64,000 nt of DNA from Octopus sinensis (lineage: Eukaryota): the NCBI RefSeq assembly GCF_006345805.1, contig NC_043014.1, forward strand, positions 6,076,001-6,140,000, in the 5' to 3' direction. Below are positions 27,137 to 39,667 of this stretch, in pieces. Each line of letters starts with the position of its first letter. The first letter of the stretch is position 1. A program made the translations under genes and the position numbers. The notes under the pieces are model-generated. The model was given only the letters and a program-made list of their open reading frames with translations. It was not told the origin of the DNA and did no database searches.

Positions 27137-27245
27137 GTGTCTGTGTATATGTTTGTGTCTCTGTGTTTGTCCCCTCAACATCGCTTGACAACCGATGCTG
27201 GTGTGTTTACGTCACCGTAACTTAGCGGTTCAGCAAAAGAGACCG
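27137..27245 (+). mobile_element. SINE family B fragment
   Basis: GTTTGTCCCC...GCTTGACAACCGATGCTGGTGTGTTTACG. Confidence 0.8.
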
Positions 27246-27602
27246 ATATCTTTACACTGACAGAGAAGATAACCACCTCATGACCGTGTCCAGAATCGGT
27301 TGACGATACTAGTTTCACCTATTTCGCAGGCATCCTCAACAGCGGCAACTCAAATGGTCGACAGGTTGGCTAAATCTATCTGCCAGTATATATATCTTTA
27401 CCATAAGATTTATAGCTGGTTTAGAGAAGCGTTAATGCATATACTAAAAGTTCATATAAAATACTAGGCGCAGTATAATACCATGAAGGAAAATATTGTC
27501 ATTAAATGTATGATTGCCGAAGCAACTCTGTTGTCGGTGTTTTAATATTGCGCATTCGTATAACATTAAGCGTCTTCAATTCTTTTTGCTAGGAATATAT
27601 AT

Positions 27603-27828
27603 TTCTTTACTGCCCACAAGGGGCTAAACATAGAGGGGACAAACAAGGACAGACAAACGGATTAAGTCGATTACATCGACTCCAGTGCGAAACTGGTACT
27701 TTATTTATCGACTCCGAAAGGATGAAAGGCAAAGTGGACCTCGGCGGAATTTGTACTCTGAACGTAACGATAGACGAAATACCGCTAAGCATTTCGCCCG
27801 GCGCGCTAACGTGTCTGCCAGCTCGCCG
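27603..27828 (-). mobile_element. SINE family A, full length
   Basis: Reverse complement of the 42487-42718 consensus. Confidence 0.9.
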
Positions 27829-28114
27829 CCCTTTTGCTAGGAATATAGTGCTTCTTTCCGTGCTGTCAGACATATTTAGTAAAGATAAAAGTTTTCCTTT
27901 ACGGTTTTATATTGTCCGCCCGCTTTCAATCGCATGTATTTATGGGGTATTTTTCTTCTTTTGGTAGCTTGGTAATGCTTGGACATTTATTCAGTATGGA
28001 GGCGATAAATCTTTTTTGACTTTCTCCCTTAATATATATATATATATATATAATAGAAATATTAAAATTACTAAGTCTCTATAAAAGAGATTACGGCAGC
28101 GTTTACTGGAAATT

Positions 28115-28361
28115 AATTGTTATCGCCATATTAATATGGCATTCTTATAGATATAAGAATAATCGCTGCCGCTGGTCAGCTCCATGAGGCCACGGCCTTA
28201 AGATAGCTATTGAAGCGGCTGACCTCCCTTGTTCGAAGGTTATAATGGATACAGATCGTGTATCAATAGCTATCTTAAGGCGGTGGCCTCATGGAGCTGA
28301 CCGGCGGCAGCGATTATTCTTATATCTATAAGAATGCCATATTAATATGGCGATAACAATT
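28115..28361. repeat. Fold-back: 99-bp arms, 49-nt spacer
   Basis: 28115-28213 vs 28263-28361, two differences seen. Confidence 0.95.
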
Positions 28362-28695
28362 TATATATATATAATTATTAATATACTATATAAATTGCTA
28401 TAAATTGTTTTTTCCATGCTAACTACCTGATAATTATAATTAACGGGATTTTTATCCTTATTTTTTATATTCATTTATATATATATATATATATTTATAC
28501 ACATACACACACACACACATATATATGTGGTTGTATACTGTCAACTTAACGTGACAGTAAGGGAATTACACCACCCCTGTTTAGCCCTAGGAAGCACCGA
28601 CGCTTCCTTTCGGCCTCGACGCATTTCCTGTGTCTCCTGTATATATATATATATATATTATATATATATATATATTATATAATATATAATATTAT

Positions 28696-28768
<73 letters not shown>

Positions 28769-28769
28769 G

Positions 28770-28809
<40 letters not shown>

Positions 28810-28813
28810 CATA

Positions 28814-28875
<62 letters not shown>

Positions 28876-28912
28876 CATATATATATATATTATATATATA
28901 TATATAATATAC

Positions 28913-29253
28913 ATATACCAATTAAGGACTGAACACGAAAAGTGGACAGTCAACATGCTAGATATAGACGTCAAATCGCCATTCACCACAAAAGATTATG
29001 TTCTCAGATCAAATTCAACACAAACCATAGCAATAAACAAGTGAAAAATATACGAAATAAAATAATTACCCATGTACTAAATTAGTTTCAGCTGTTATTT
29101 TCCGCAAGGACGTATATTTTTCACTTGTTTATTGCTATGGTTTTGTGTTGAGTTTGATCTGAGAACATAATCTTTTGTGGTGAATGGCGATTTGACGTCT
29201 ATATCTAGCATGTTGACTGTCCACTTTTCGTGTTCAGTCCTTAATTGGTATAT
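28913..29253. repeat. Fold-back: about 142-bp arms, 56-nt spacer
   Basis: 28913-29054 vs 29111-29253, one substitution and one 1-nt indel seen. Confidence 0.95.
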
Positions 29254-29674
29254 ATAAATATTTTAATCTTCGGATTCTTTTTTAATATGCTAGACCACTG
29301 GTTTTAATTGATAAATATCAATTTCTACCCTTAATTAATTTTATATATACATATATATATTTATATGTATGTATATGTTTATGTATATGCATATATCGAT
29401 ATAAGCATACACATAAATATATTTAGGTTGAAACGTAAACAATAAGACAAAACATGTACTTTATGTTGCTTTGGTAGACGTTATTCACTGTCCAAATGGC
29501 GGTCCTAATTCTTAAACACAAATAACCCACTCCACTTACACTCATAAATTATGTCTGTTTATATTTCCTCGTCCAACACAGATTTCTGAAAAAATTATAT
29601 CTTAAAATTTCCTATTTCCTGTGCATCAATGATGTGTAATTGCTGTCAACAATTAAATACCATTATTATTATTA

Positions 29675-29739
<65 letters not shown>

Positions 29740-29867
29740 TCATTTTTATCATTATTACTTGTTTTTGCACAGCTTCTAACCATGGAGATATACTACGGTG
29801 CCAGCCATTCACTACTAGCAAACTAAGGTAACACCCATTATCATCATTATTATTATTATTATTATTA

Positions 29868-29900
<33 letters not shown>

Positions 29901-30460
29901 CATTGATCTCCTGTTTTACATTCATATTCAGTTTTATAAACCTGTCTAGAAACATTTGGGAGGTAAAAAGTAATTCGAAGCATTTTCCTTTCATTTAATT
30001 AATTCTTCACAGATTTCAGATGTATGAAATTTATATTGAATATTCTTTAATTCATTCTATTCTAATTGGTTCCAAGAGCGTATATATATGCATACATATA
30101 CATACATACATATATATATATTATATATTTATATATATATATATAACACCAGCGATAATAATCAATTTTATTTTATCGCATTCTGACTTGTTTATATATA
30201 TATATATATATATATATAGATATATATATACATATATATAGGTGGGTACATACATATATATGTATACATATATTTATATATAATATATACATTTATATAT
30301 ATATTTATATAAGTATATATATAAAGAAATATATATATCAATATAATATATATTATTATATATATATATATATATATATCTCTAATATATATATTTATTA
30401 ATATGATTCATGTACAGTGAAGTAATCGTGAATTGAAATATGTAAAAAGATAAAAGTTGG

Positions 30461-30610
30461 TTATGCGTGCATATTAAGACGTGTTCTGTATTTTCCAATG
30501 AAAAAAGTGTCTTTATCTAAAAGTTCTAGTGGAGAGATTGTATCTGTGCACTGGTAGAAAAGGAAGACTGTGAAATTCGGTTTGTTGTTATCTGCACATT
30601 TTTCTGTATG
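30461..30610 (-). mobile_element. Penelope-like element, GIY-YIG C-terminal remnant
   Basis: SEHTEKCADNNKPNFTVFLFYQ...DKDTFFIGKYRTRLN, parallel to the motif at 59380-59512. Confidence 0.7.
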
Positions 30611-30621
30611 TTCACTGAGAA

Positions 30622-30652
<31 letters not shown>

Positions 30653-31472
30653 CATACACACACACAAGAACGCACGTACACACACACATACGCATACACA
30701 CATATGTATATATGTATATGTTTTTATTTATATCATCTCCCTGGCAGAAGATTTTAGCTAAACATTTTTTTGTATATCTGATAACCTAAAGTATAGCATA
30801 CATTGTCATATAAAGAGATTATCTGCCCCGATTTTCTGTAAATCTTCCTTTATATACCGATAATACGATCATTTTTTCTATGAGATAATCGTCTTTTATA
30901 AAGCTGAGGAGAAATAAAAATTAAACAAAAGCTAAACTTCGAATCTTATCATGGTTCCTTTGTTTTATTTATATTTCAAATAACCTTCTGGAGATCAAAA
31001 TTATAAATGGACGATTCGGTTGAAATGAATTATATTTCACAGTAAAAAATTCTACAAAGTATTTAAATAACAAAAATGTATCTATATAACATCTGTTTAA
31101 ATAAATCGATTTAAATAAAACTCTAAATAATGTGTATTTAAATAAACCCATTTAGATTAATAAGTATTTAAATAAAAGTATTTTAGTAAAAGTAAATTAA
31201 AATAAAATAAAAATGTATATGAAAATGTTCTTTAGATATTAAATATAATTTTGAAAATATGTTAATAAATATGCGAAAATTGTAATTTTAGTTTTATTTT
31301 AAACAATATTGAGTGAGACGTTTCTATTCTTGTAAATGGATATATTTTTATTTGGCATTTGAGTGTACGTAAGGTTTTTAATTTCATCTTCAATGTTAAA
31401 AATTGGAAGCAGTCATGCATATTAAGAATAAATCGCTAGTTTTCGCAAAGGAATTTTAACATATCAAGAAAT

Positions 31473-31930
31473 TTACAAGCCACAACTGCAGAATAACCGT
31501 ATCGATTTCACTGCCATAAACTGAACTTTTGCAGACCTACCGAAAACTGGTTCGACTACAATTTTGATATTTCTAGTTTTGAAAACCAGTGGATCTATTC
31601 CACTGAAACTAGGTAAATAATCATTCGAACAGGCGGTCAGTAGCGATGCCTGCTGGGTCTGGCTAATCTGCATTGATAAAGGGCAAATACGCTGAAACAT
31701 GTCTGCAGACGCCTGACCAGCAAGGGGAATCGGCTGACCTCCCCTGTTCGAAGGTTATAATGGACACAGGTTCGTGTGTCGAATAGCTTGCTAGAGGCGA
31801 TGGCCTCTTGGAGCTAATCAACGGCAGCTTTAGTCTTATATTTATGGACTGCCATATTAGCTTGGCGATAACTGTTAATTTCCATTACCGCTGCCGTAGT
31901 GTCATTTAGAGAGACTTAGAAATTTTGATA
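31473..31930 (-). mobile_element. Unclassified element 5' end: structured ~200-nt leader plus short ORF
   Basis: 31725-31930 is homologous to 28058-28361; downstream minus ORF MFQRICPL...YLPSFSGIDPLVFKTRNIKIVVEPVFGRSAKVQF weakly recalls Penelope N-termini. Confidence 0.45.
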
Positions 31931-31974
31931 TTTGTACATATATGTATATATATATAATATATATATATATATAT

Positions 31975-32008
<34 letters not shown>

Positions 32009-32047
32009 CACAAAGATTATATATAGTATATACATATATATTATATG

Positions 32048-32078
<31 letters not shown>

Positions 32079-32299
32079 ATGTAATTCTATGTGTGTGTCT
32101 GTGTGTGTGTGTGTTTATATATAATAATACATTGTTTTCTGTTTTGGTCTGGACTTTGTTGTTACTTCCGAATCTACGTTAGTCCAGTGGCCATTCCGCA
32201 TTCTTTATGTTGTCAAGTTCATACTGGCTATTTTCGCATCAAGGTCGCAACCTGTCATCTTACAAAGACACCACTGTTCGCATTAACCGACTCACAGTC

Positions 32300-32560
32300 A
32301 CCGTTGCATCAAACTGATTTATAACCGTTCTCCTCGCATTAAACTTCGAAACCAACTTCACACACGATACCAAATTTTGAATCAACTGTTCCACATGAAT
32401 TGCCCGGCACCATCTGATATATATTGACTGGCACACATCGACCGCATAGCACCGACTACTACATAAGCCCTCTCAACTCGACGTCCCAGCACATGACACG
32501 TTAATGCCGTATATCGTTTTCCAGCAGACTTCGAACCGCCTGTTCGACACCGTCACCTCG
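32300..32560 (+). mobile_element. Degenerate LINE reverse transcriptase fragment (I/Jockey/CR1-type)
   Basis: Frameshifted LRNQLHTRYQIL / LAHIDRI / HRLLHKPSQLDVPAH, cf. GFR..ST.DQ / DL.KAFD.VWH..LL.KL. Confidence 0.45.
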
Positions 32561-32938
32561 TGTTCACATCGGCTTCCAATACTTACTCGTTTCTTTAATA
32601 TTTGGCACCATGGCCACTAACACAAAGAGGGACACTACAAGGACAGACACAACACCACAGTGGGGACACTAAACATAAAACGAATGAGGATGAATATTAT
32701 ATAAAAATGGAAAAAAAGAAATGGCCCTACTCCACATGCAGTACCATTTGAACCTTTATACACACTATATTACAATCGTGCTATTTTGTCTATTGCTTTT
32801 TTTTTTCTTAATCATAATTTCTTTCCCTCTTTTTCCTTCGAAACACTTTTTCCTTTCTTTTCTTCCCTTTTATTTTTTGTTTCTTCCAAAACTAACTCAG
32901 ACGTCACCTGATCAATAGTAGTATCTATAGTTCACCCA

Positions 32939-33360
32939 AGGCGGCGAGCTGGCGAAATGCTTAGCGGTATTTCAGCTGCCGTTATGTTGTGAGTTCAAAT
33001 TCCGCCGAGGTCGACTTTGCCTTTCATCCTTTGGGGTCGACTTTGCCTTTCATCCTTTCGGGGTCGATAAATTAAGTACCAGTTACACACTGGGGTCGAT
33101 GTAATCGACTTAATACCTATGTCTGTCCATGTTTGTCCCCTCTATGTTTAGCCCCTTGTGGGTAATAAAGAAATAGGTATTTCAGCTGCCGTTACGTTGT
33201 GAGTTCAAATTCTGCCGAGGTCGACTTCACCTTTCATCCTTTCGGGGTCGATAAATTAAGTACCAGTTATGCACTGGGGTCAATGTAATCGACTTAATAC
33301 CTATGTCTGTCCATGTTTGTCCCCTCTATGTTTAGCCCCTTGTGGGTAATATAGAAATAA
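32939..33360 (+). mobile_element. SINE family A dimer with internal 27-bp duplication
   Basis: Junction AAAGAAATAG|GTATTTC at about 33167-33183; GGTCGACTTTGCCTTTCATCCTTT repeated. Confidence 0.92.
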
Positions 33361-34164
33361 GTATCTATAGTTCATCCACACAGTAAAAAGAGCCTCAAAT
33401 AATGCCGCCTACGTCTTAAACAATCACATGACCACAGTGACTTATTTGTTTCATCTTCGTTTGCAAAAGCAGAGGGCGGTGTTCAAATTTGCGTCGTACG
33501 AACACAAAATTTTCTGAATATAATTTTTCGTTCATAATAATCTATTTGCCATTTCAACCCCTCCACCATATTCTCAACTATTTGCCTTTTATATTCCACG
33601 CAAGGCTACGGTCTTTACTTAACACTTTCATTCCGTACGTCTAAACACTTTCTTTCTGTACGTCTTTCTCTTACGATAAACTCATCTTCAAGTTACTGCT
33701 TCGACTTTCAAATTCCTATTTCATTTCTCCCATTTTCATGATCGATAGAGAGCCTTAATGCTTTATAAAGCACCTTTAGTACAACTTCAGAAGGTGTTTG
33801 GATAAATTTCGAGTTTATATCACACGCGAGCAAAATATTGTAAAAACCCGTTTATATATTATTAGTGATAAAGTTGAAAACCAGCAGAATGGTAATAATT
33901 TCTTCCTACCTACAACACTTAAGTTGACCACAAGCAAACTTGAAACATATTATTTCCTCAGAATATTTCATAAAATCGAATTCGCTGCAGTTGGAATTAC
34001 AGGGAATAGTGTTAGCCACAAACATAATAACGACGAGTATGCACCCGTAGAAATATAAGGCATTTTAAAGAAATGTCACAGATTAATCTAATTGTATGTA
34101 TGCATTTATGCATACACATACATACATACATTCATACATACATTCATAAATACATACATACATA

Positions 34165-34385
34165 TAAACATACATAGGGAGAGTTTACGAATAAAAAAAA
34201 CAAAAGACGAAGACAGGTGGTGTACAAAAGAAACAGATGTATTAGTATAACGCCCAGGAATAGAAAAAAGTCTTTTACGTTTCGAGCCTACGCTCTTCGA
34301 CAGAAAGGGACAGAGAAAAAACAAGGAGAGAAACAAGGAGAGAAAAAAATGGTGTAGTGGCTAACGATCTATCATGGCGACTGAC
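34165..34385 (-). mobile_element. Penelope pLTR-like repeat (family H) with minimal hammerhead
   Basis: Homologous to 58740-58935; hammerhead-like fold at 34272-34307 on the minus strand. Confidence 0.7.
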
Positions 34386-34499
34386 CATACATACATACAT
34401 ACATACATACATACATACACACATATATGTATGTATGCATATGTATACGTAAATACGTATTTATGTATATACATATGTATAGTCATTCATTTAATTAAT

Positions 34500-34690
34500 T
34501 CTTTCAGTCATTTGACTGTGGCCATGCTGGAGCACTGCCTTTAGTCGAACAAATCGACCCCAAGACTTATTCTTTGTAAGCCTAGTACTTATTCTATCGG
34601 CAAATTTTGCCGAACCGCTAAGTTATGTGGACGTAATCACACCAACATCCGTTGTCAATTGATGGTGGGGGAACAAGCACAGACATACAC
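34500..34690 (-). mobile_element. SINE family B 3' half
   Basis: TTCAGTCATTTGACTGTGGCCATGCTGGAGCAC. Confidence 0.85.
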
Positions 34691-34707
34691 AAATGCATAC
34701 ATATATA

Positions 34708-34800
34708 TTGATACCTCTATCATAGGTATTGTTTCTGTTTTTAGACTCCACATTCGAGTTACCTCTATTTCCAGGTGTTTGTATTTTGAAAGTTTCTTCG
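34708..34800 (-). mobile_element. RLE-type LINE fragment (same family as 22490)
   Basis: KLSKYKHLEIEVTRMWSLKTETIP. Confidence 0.85.
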
Positions 34801-34846
34801 TTTCCTCTTGTTCTTGTTCTTATTCTTGTTCTTGTTCTTGTTTTTC

Positions 34847-34881
<35 letters not shown>

Positions 34882-34893
34882 CTTCTTCTTCTT

Positions 34894-34924
<31 letters not shown>

Positions 34925-34964
34925 TTATTATTATTATTATTATTAATATTATTATTTATTTATA

Positions 34965-35185
34965 TATTTACTTATTGCCCACAGGGTGCTAAACATAGAG
35001 GGGACAAACAAGGACAGGCGAAGGGATTAAGTCAATTACATCGATCCCAGTGCGTAACAGGTACTTATTTAATCGACCCCCGAAAGGATGAAATGCAAAG
35101 TCAATCTCGGCGGAATTTGAACGCAGACGAAATACTGCTAAGTATTTTGCCCGGCGTGCAAATGATTCTGCCACCTCGCCGCTCT
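34965..35185 (-). mobile_element. SINE family A
   Basis: Consensus match; head-to-head with the next copy across (ATT)n. Confidence 0.88.
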
Positions 35186-35189
35186 TTAA

Positions 35190-35249
<60 letters not shown>

Positions 35250-35460
35250 GTTCTCGAGCTGGCAGAATCGTTATCGCGCCGGGCGAAATACTTAGCAGTA
35301 TTTCGCCCGTCGCTGCCTTTTGAGTTCAAATTCACCAATGGTTGACTGTGTCTTTCATCCGTTTGGTGTCGGTGAATCAAGTACCAGCGAAACACTGCGG
35401 TTGGTGTAATCGACTTACCCCCTCCCACAAAATGGCTGTCCTTGTGGCAAACTTCGAAAC
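35250..35460 (+). mobile_element. SINE family A (ATT-tail variant)
   Basis: GAGCTGGCAGAATCGTT head, GAGTTCAAATTC B box, alternative tail CCCCTCCCACAAAAT. Confidence 0.8.
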
Positions 35461-36343
35461 CATCATTATTATCATTATTGTCTGGGATCCATGCAGCTTC
35501 TATGAGTTGAATGAGTTTTAAAAATTGTGATTAGTTTCACAAGTAAAATCTATGTCTATGAATTTTTTGTTTGTAATTATTTTGTCTGCGTGAAATGTTC
35601 AGGAAAAAAGAAAAGGCGACAACTCGAGTAATTTGTTTTCTTTTGACTTTAGAAAAGAAAAATTCATTCATCTTTCATCACACACTTTTTTTGCATTTTC
35701 TTTCTTTTGCTTTGTTTTTTTTTTTGTCTACAGATGATTTCTAAGAATTTCTAATCATTGCATCCACTCAGGTGAAAAATTTAATTGATGTCAAAAATTA
35801 AACAAGATGACAGATATTTTCTCCAAAACTGTCAACTCCAGAAACAAATATATATTGAACACAGGTGTTCGCTCTAGCCAAAGTTTCCCAACAATAGTGA
35901 CATAAGTACGATGTTTCTTCCTGTTACTAGACAGAGAGTTGTTAACATATGCTTTATATGCTCCACTCATTGGACTGCAGCCATGAACTGTGCCTTATCG
36001 TTTCGCCGAATTACGATCATACATCGAACGAAGATCAATACGCCCATCTTCACATCTACCATGGTACTTCCCATGATTTCACCGTTACGATCGATCAGGA
36101 ATTCTAGATCATTGAGTTTGATTTCTCAATATGCACACTACTGAATTTCCGTGGAATCTTGCGGCTACATCCGCCTTTTCACCGGATTTGTATTTTATTC
36201 CGCAGGGTGTCCAAATCATCCTCCTCACCAAGCAAGCTTGGCTGTTTGGCTGCCGAGAACACGAGCCTACCGTATGCTGTACTGGGTTATATGTTACCAG
36301 TAGCCCTCGAACGTGACGTAAAACAGATATAATGTATAAACAT

Positions 36344-36376
<33 letters not shown>

Positions 36377-36396
36377 TATATTTATGTATATACGTA

Positions 36397-36480
<84 letters not shown>

Positions 36481-36762
36481 TTTTATTTCTCCTTTGATTT
36501 CAGAATTACAACTATTTAGCGGTTTAAGTTTAGCTGCTCTTTCTAGTGGGTCGAATGGCCTAGCAGGGCCATTCCTTAATATTGTTGAATGTATATATAT
36601 ATGTATATATTATTACTACCTCAGTCCATCTAAATGTATATATCTGTCGTTACCTTTCATAAAAAGCCTTCTTTTTTTAGTTACAATGTGCATTTTCGTT
36701 GATTTTTCTTATTTCCCCTTACATTTCCAAGTGTATTTTAAATTCTTTTTGTAACATATTTC

Positions 36763-36826
<64 letters not shown>

Positions 36827-37029
36827 AGTTCAGCAAAAATTTAGAACGGAGGTGGGGTGGGGATAGAGTCACGTGAGAAGAGATTGATTTGCAGTATTTT
36901 ATTGGATCTTTCATTGAATGCACTTATCCATCTCTGATTGTATTCTTATTCATAACAAAACTGACGGCCATTATGAATGATGGTCGTTTTGGTGCTGACG
37001 GCTATGCTTTAATATAATTTCCAATTTAC

Positions 37030-37530
37030 GGATAATGATAATGATAATGAGGATGAGGATGAGGACAACGACGACGAGGACGTCGATGATGATGATGGTG
37101 ATGGTGATGATGATAGTGATGGTGATGATGATGGTGATGGTGACTGTGGCGATGGCGCAAATGATGACAAAATAATGGCAATGATGATAATGACGGGGAA
37201 GACGACGACGATGACGGTGATGTCAATGATGATGATGATGAGGATGTTGAGTCGAAGGACGACGATAATGATGATGATTGTGATTATGATGATGATGATG
37301 ATTTTGATGATGTTGATGATGATGATGATTGTGATGATGATGATGATGAAGATGTTGAGTCGAAGGACGACGATAATGATGATGATTGTGATGATGATGA
37401 TGATGATGATGATGATGACGACGACGACAATACCGCCATCGGCAATGACAACGAGGTCGGCGACAGTGATTACGGTGGCGTTTAAGAGAATGGTGTCCAC
37501 GACGACGACGACGATTATGATGAAGTGCAT
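37030..37530. repeat. Degenerate (GAT/GAC)n low-complexity tract with internal ~40-bp duplication
   Basis: GATGTTGAGTCGAAGGACGACGATAATGATGATGATTGTGA occurs twice. Confidence 0.85.
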
Positions 37531-37784
37531 ATGTCCATAATGTCAAACGGGAGTCACCGAAGGCGTTTAAGGACCTAAAAGCTCTCCGAAAAAATAAAAC
37601 AATAACAAAAGCGAAATAGAGATTTCTTTTGTATAATTCTTTTTTGTATTGACATCACGTGTCAACTTCGCATTATGATGATGGAACAATAGAGAGCCTC
37701 GTAATTTCATAAAACTAATTATATACAAAATCATCATTCAATTTTCCAATCCGAGCATCACTCCGACGTGTAACACAGCCATTT

Positions 37785-38080
37785 TGTTGTTTGTTCCTTC
37801 TCGAACTATGCCTGGCTCATAAGGGCCGGTTTCCTTAGCGCATAGATTTCCCACCTGGACGGGACGCCGGTCCGTCGCAGGTGAGCTACAAGATGCAGGA
37901 AGAAAGAGTGAGAGAAAGTTGTGGCGAAGGAGTCAACAGAAGTTCGCCATTACCTTCTGCCGGAGCCGCGTGGAGCTTAGGTGTTTTGCTCATAAACACA
38001 CACATCGCCCGGTCTGAGATTCGAACTCGCGATCCCTCGACTGCGAGTCTGCTGCTCTAACCACTCGGTGATCTGCCTCC
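37785..38080 (-). mobile_element. SINE family C head with alternative 3' module
   Basis: tRNA-like head and AAAACACCTAAGCTCCACG box shared with 39119; tail ends GAGAAGGAACAAACAACAAAA. Confidence 0.8.
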
Positions 38081-38854
38081 ACAAAAATCTGAATAACAAT
38101 TGTTTGCTGAAGATGGTAAGGTCAAACAGCACTGCCATGGACTATACTATATTACTATCTTCAAGGCACAGAGGAAGAGGTGTCCCTTTACTAGGAAGTT
38201 GTAAGACCTATTAGAAATTATCACTTTCCGGAGGAAAAAAGGGAGACTTCAAATGAAATTGGTATTTCATATATGAAAGAACACATAACTGAATATTTGA
38301 AACAGGGCTCTTGACACTTCGTTTGTCTGACCGATTAAAAATTGTTTGTCCCCTTGGGGTTGACTGCCATTCAGGGACTAATTTGGGTGCGCCGTTCTTG
38401 AATACATTCAACTCAAAACTAAATTTCTTTCAAGCAATAGTTCCAGGGAAGCCTATGATATTTCCCTTCTTTCTATGTTTGATACTGTTTTTCCAGTGTT
38501 TTATGTTAGCTTTTCTCAATAATCTTACTTACATGGAATGATTCTCTATTGTTACATATTCTATGATGAATATTCGTTCTTCATATCGAGCTCATCGTTA
38601 AATTTCCTCCTTCTGTATTCTTTATCGTCGACAATAACAACAGCAATAACAACATCAACAACGACAGCATTAACAAGGTCAGCGACACAGATACCATGAA
38701 AACAATGTGATTTGTTTTGAACTAATTATAATTCCGTCTAATTTCTTTTGCCGTTTTCCATGAATATATTTAATTAGCATTTTATAAAATCGGTATAAAG
38801 TATTTCTTTATTAAGGATCCGTTATAATGGTACTATGATAATTATAGCTTTTCC

Positions 38855-38898
<44 letters not shown>

Positions 38899-38924
38899 CA
38901 GCAGCAGCAGCAGTATTATTATTA

Positions 38925-38998
<74 letters not shown>

Positions 38999-39118
38999 TG
39001 AATGTTATTTTTTATTATCGCGGATCTTAATGGCAATGTTTGAATTTTTGTATTCGTCTTTTATTTTTGTTTTTGCAACGGAATTTACCTTTTATATTGA
39101 TTACTCTTACAGCACGTC

Positions 39119-39497
39119 TGGAGGCGCAATGGCCCAGTGGTTAGGGCAGCGGACTCGCGGTCTTAGGATCGCGGTTTCGATTCCCAGACCGGGCATTGTC
39201 AGTTTTTATTGAGCGAAAACACCTAAAGCTCCACGAAGCTCCGGGAGGGGTTGGCGGTGAACCCTGCTGTACTCTTTCACAATTTTCTTTCCCTCTTTCT
39301 TTCCTGTTCCTGTTGTACATGCATTTCAAAGGGCCAGCCTTGTCACACTCTGTGTCACGTTGAACCTCCCCCGAGAAATACGTTAAGGGTACGCGTCTCT
39401 GTGGAGTACTCAGCCACTTGCACATTAATTTCACGAGCAGGCTGTTCTGTTGATCGGATCAACTGGAACCCTCGTCGTCGTAACTGACGGAGTGCCA
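39119..39497 (+). mobile_element. tRNA-derived SINE family C, full length
   Basis: A box TGGCCCAGTGG, B-box-like GGTTTCGATTCC; matches 57088-57466. Confidence 0.92.
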
Positions 39498-39667
39498 ACA
39501 AATTAGTAGTGCCAACAAAAGTAATAGTAGTAGTTGTAGCAATAATAGTAGTAGTAGTAGTAGTTGAATGTTATCTTTTATTATCGCGGATCTTGATGGC
39601 AATGTTTTAATTTTCGTGTTCGTCTTGTATTTTTGTTTGTGCAACGGAATTTACCTTTTATTATTGA

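Noticed and set aside
37030-37530. Asp-rich reading frame resembling acidic biomineral proteins
   Set aside because: The frame shifts midway, there is no start, signal peptide or splice context, and it is best explained as a decayed (GAT)n tract.
38400-38640. RTE-like RRKFNDEL motif on the minus strand
   Set aside because: Downstream W.GH and G.P..W motifs were not recovered.
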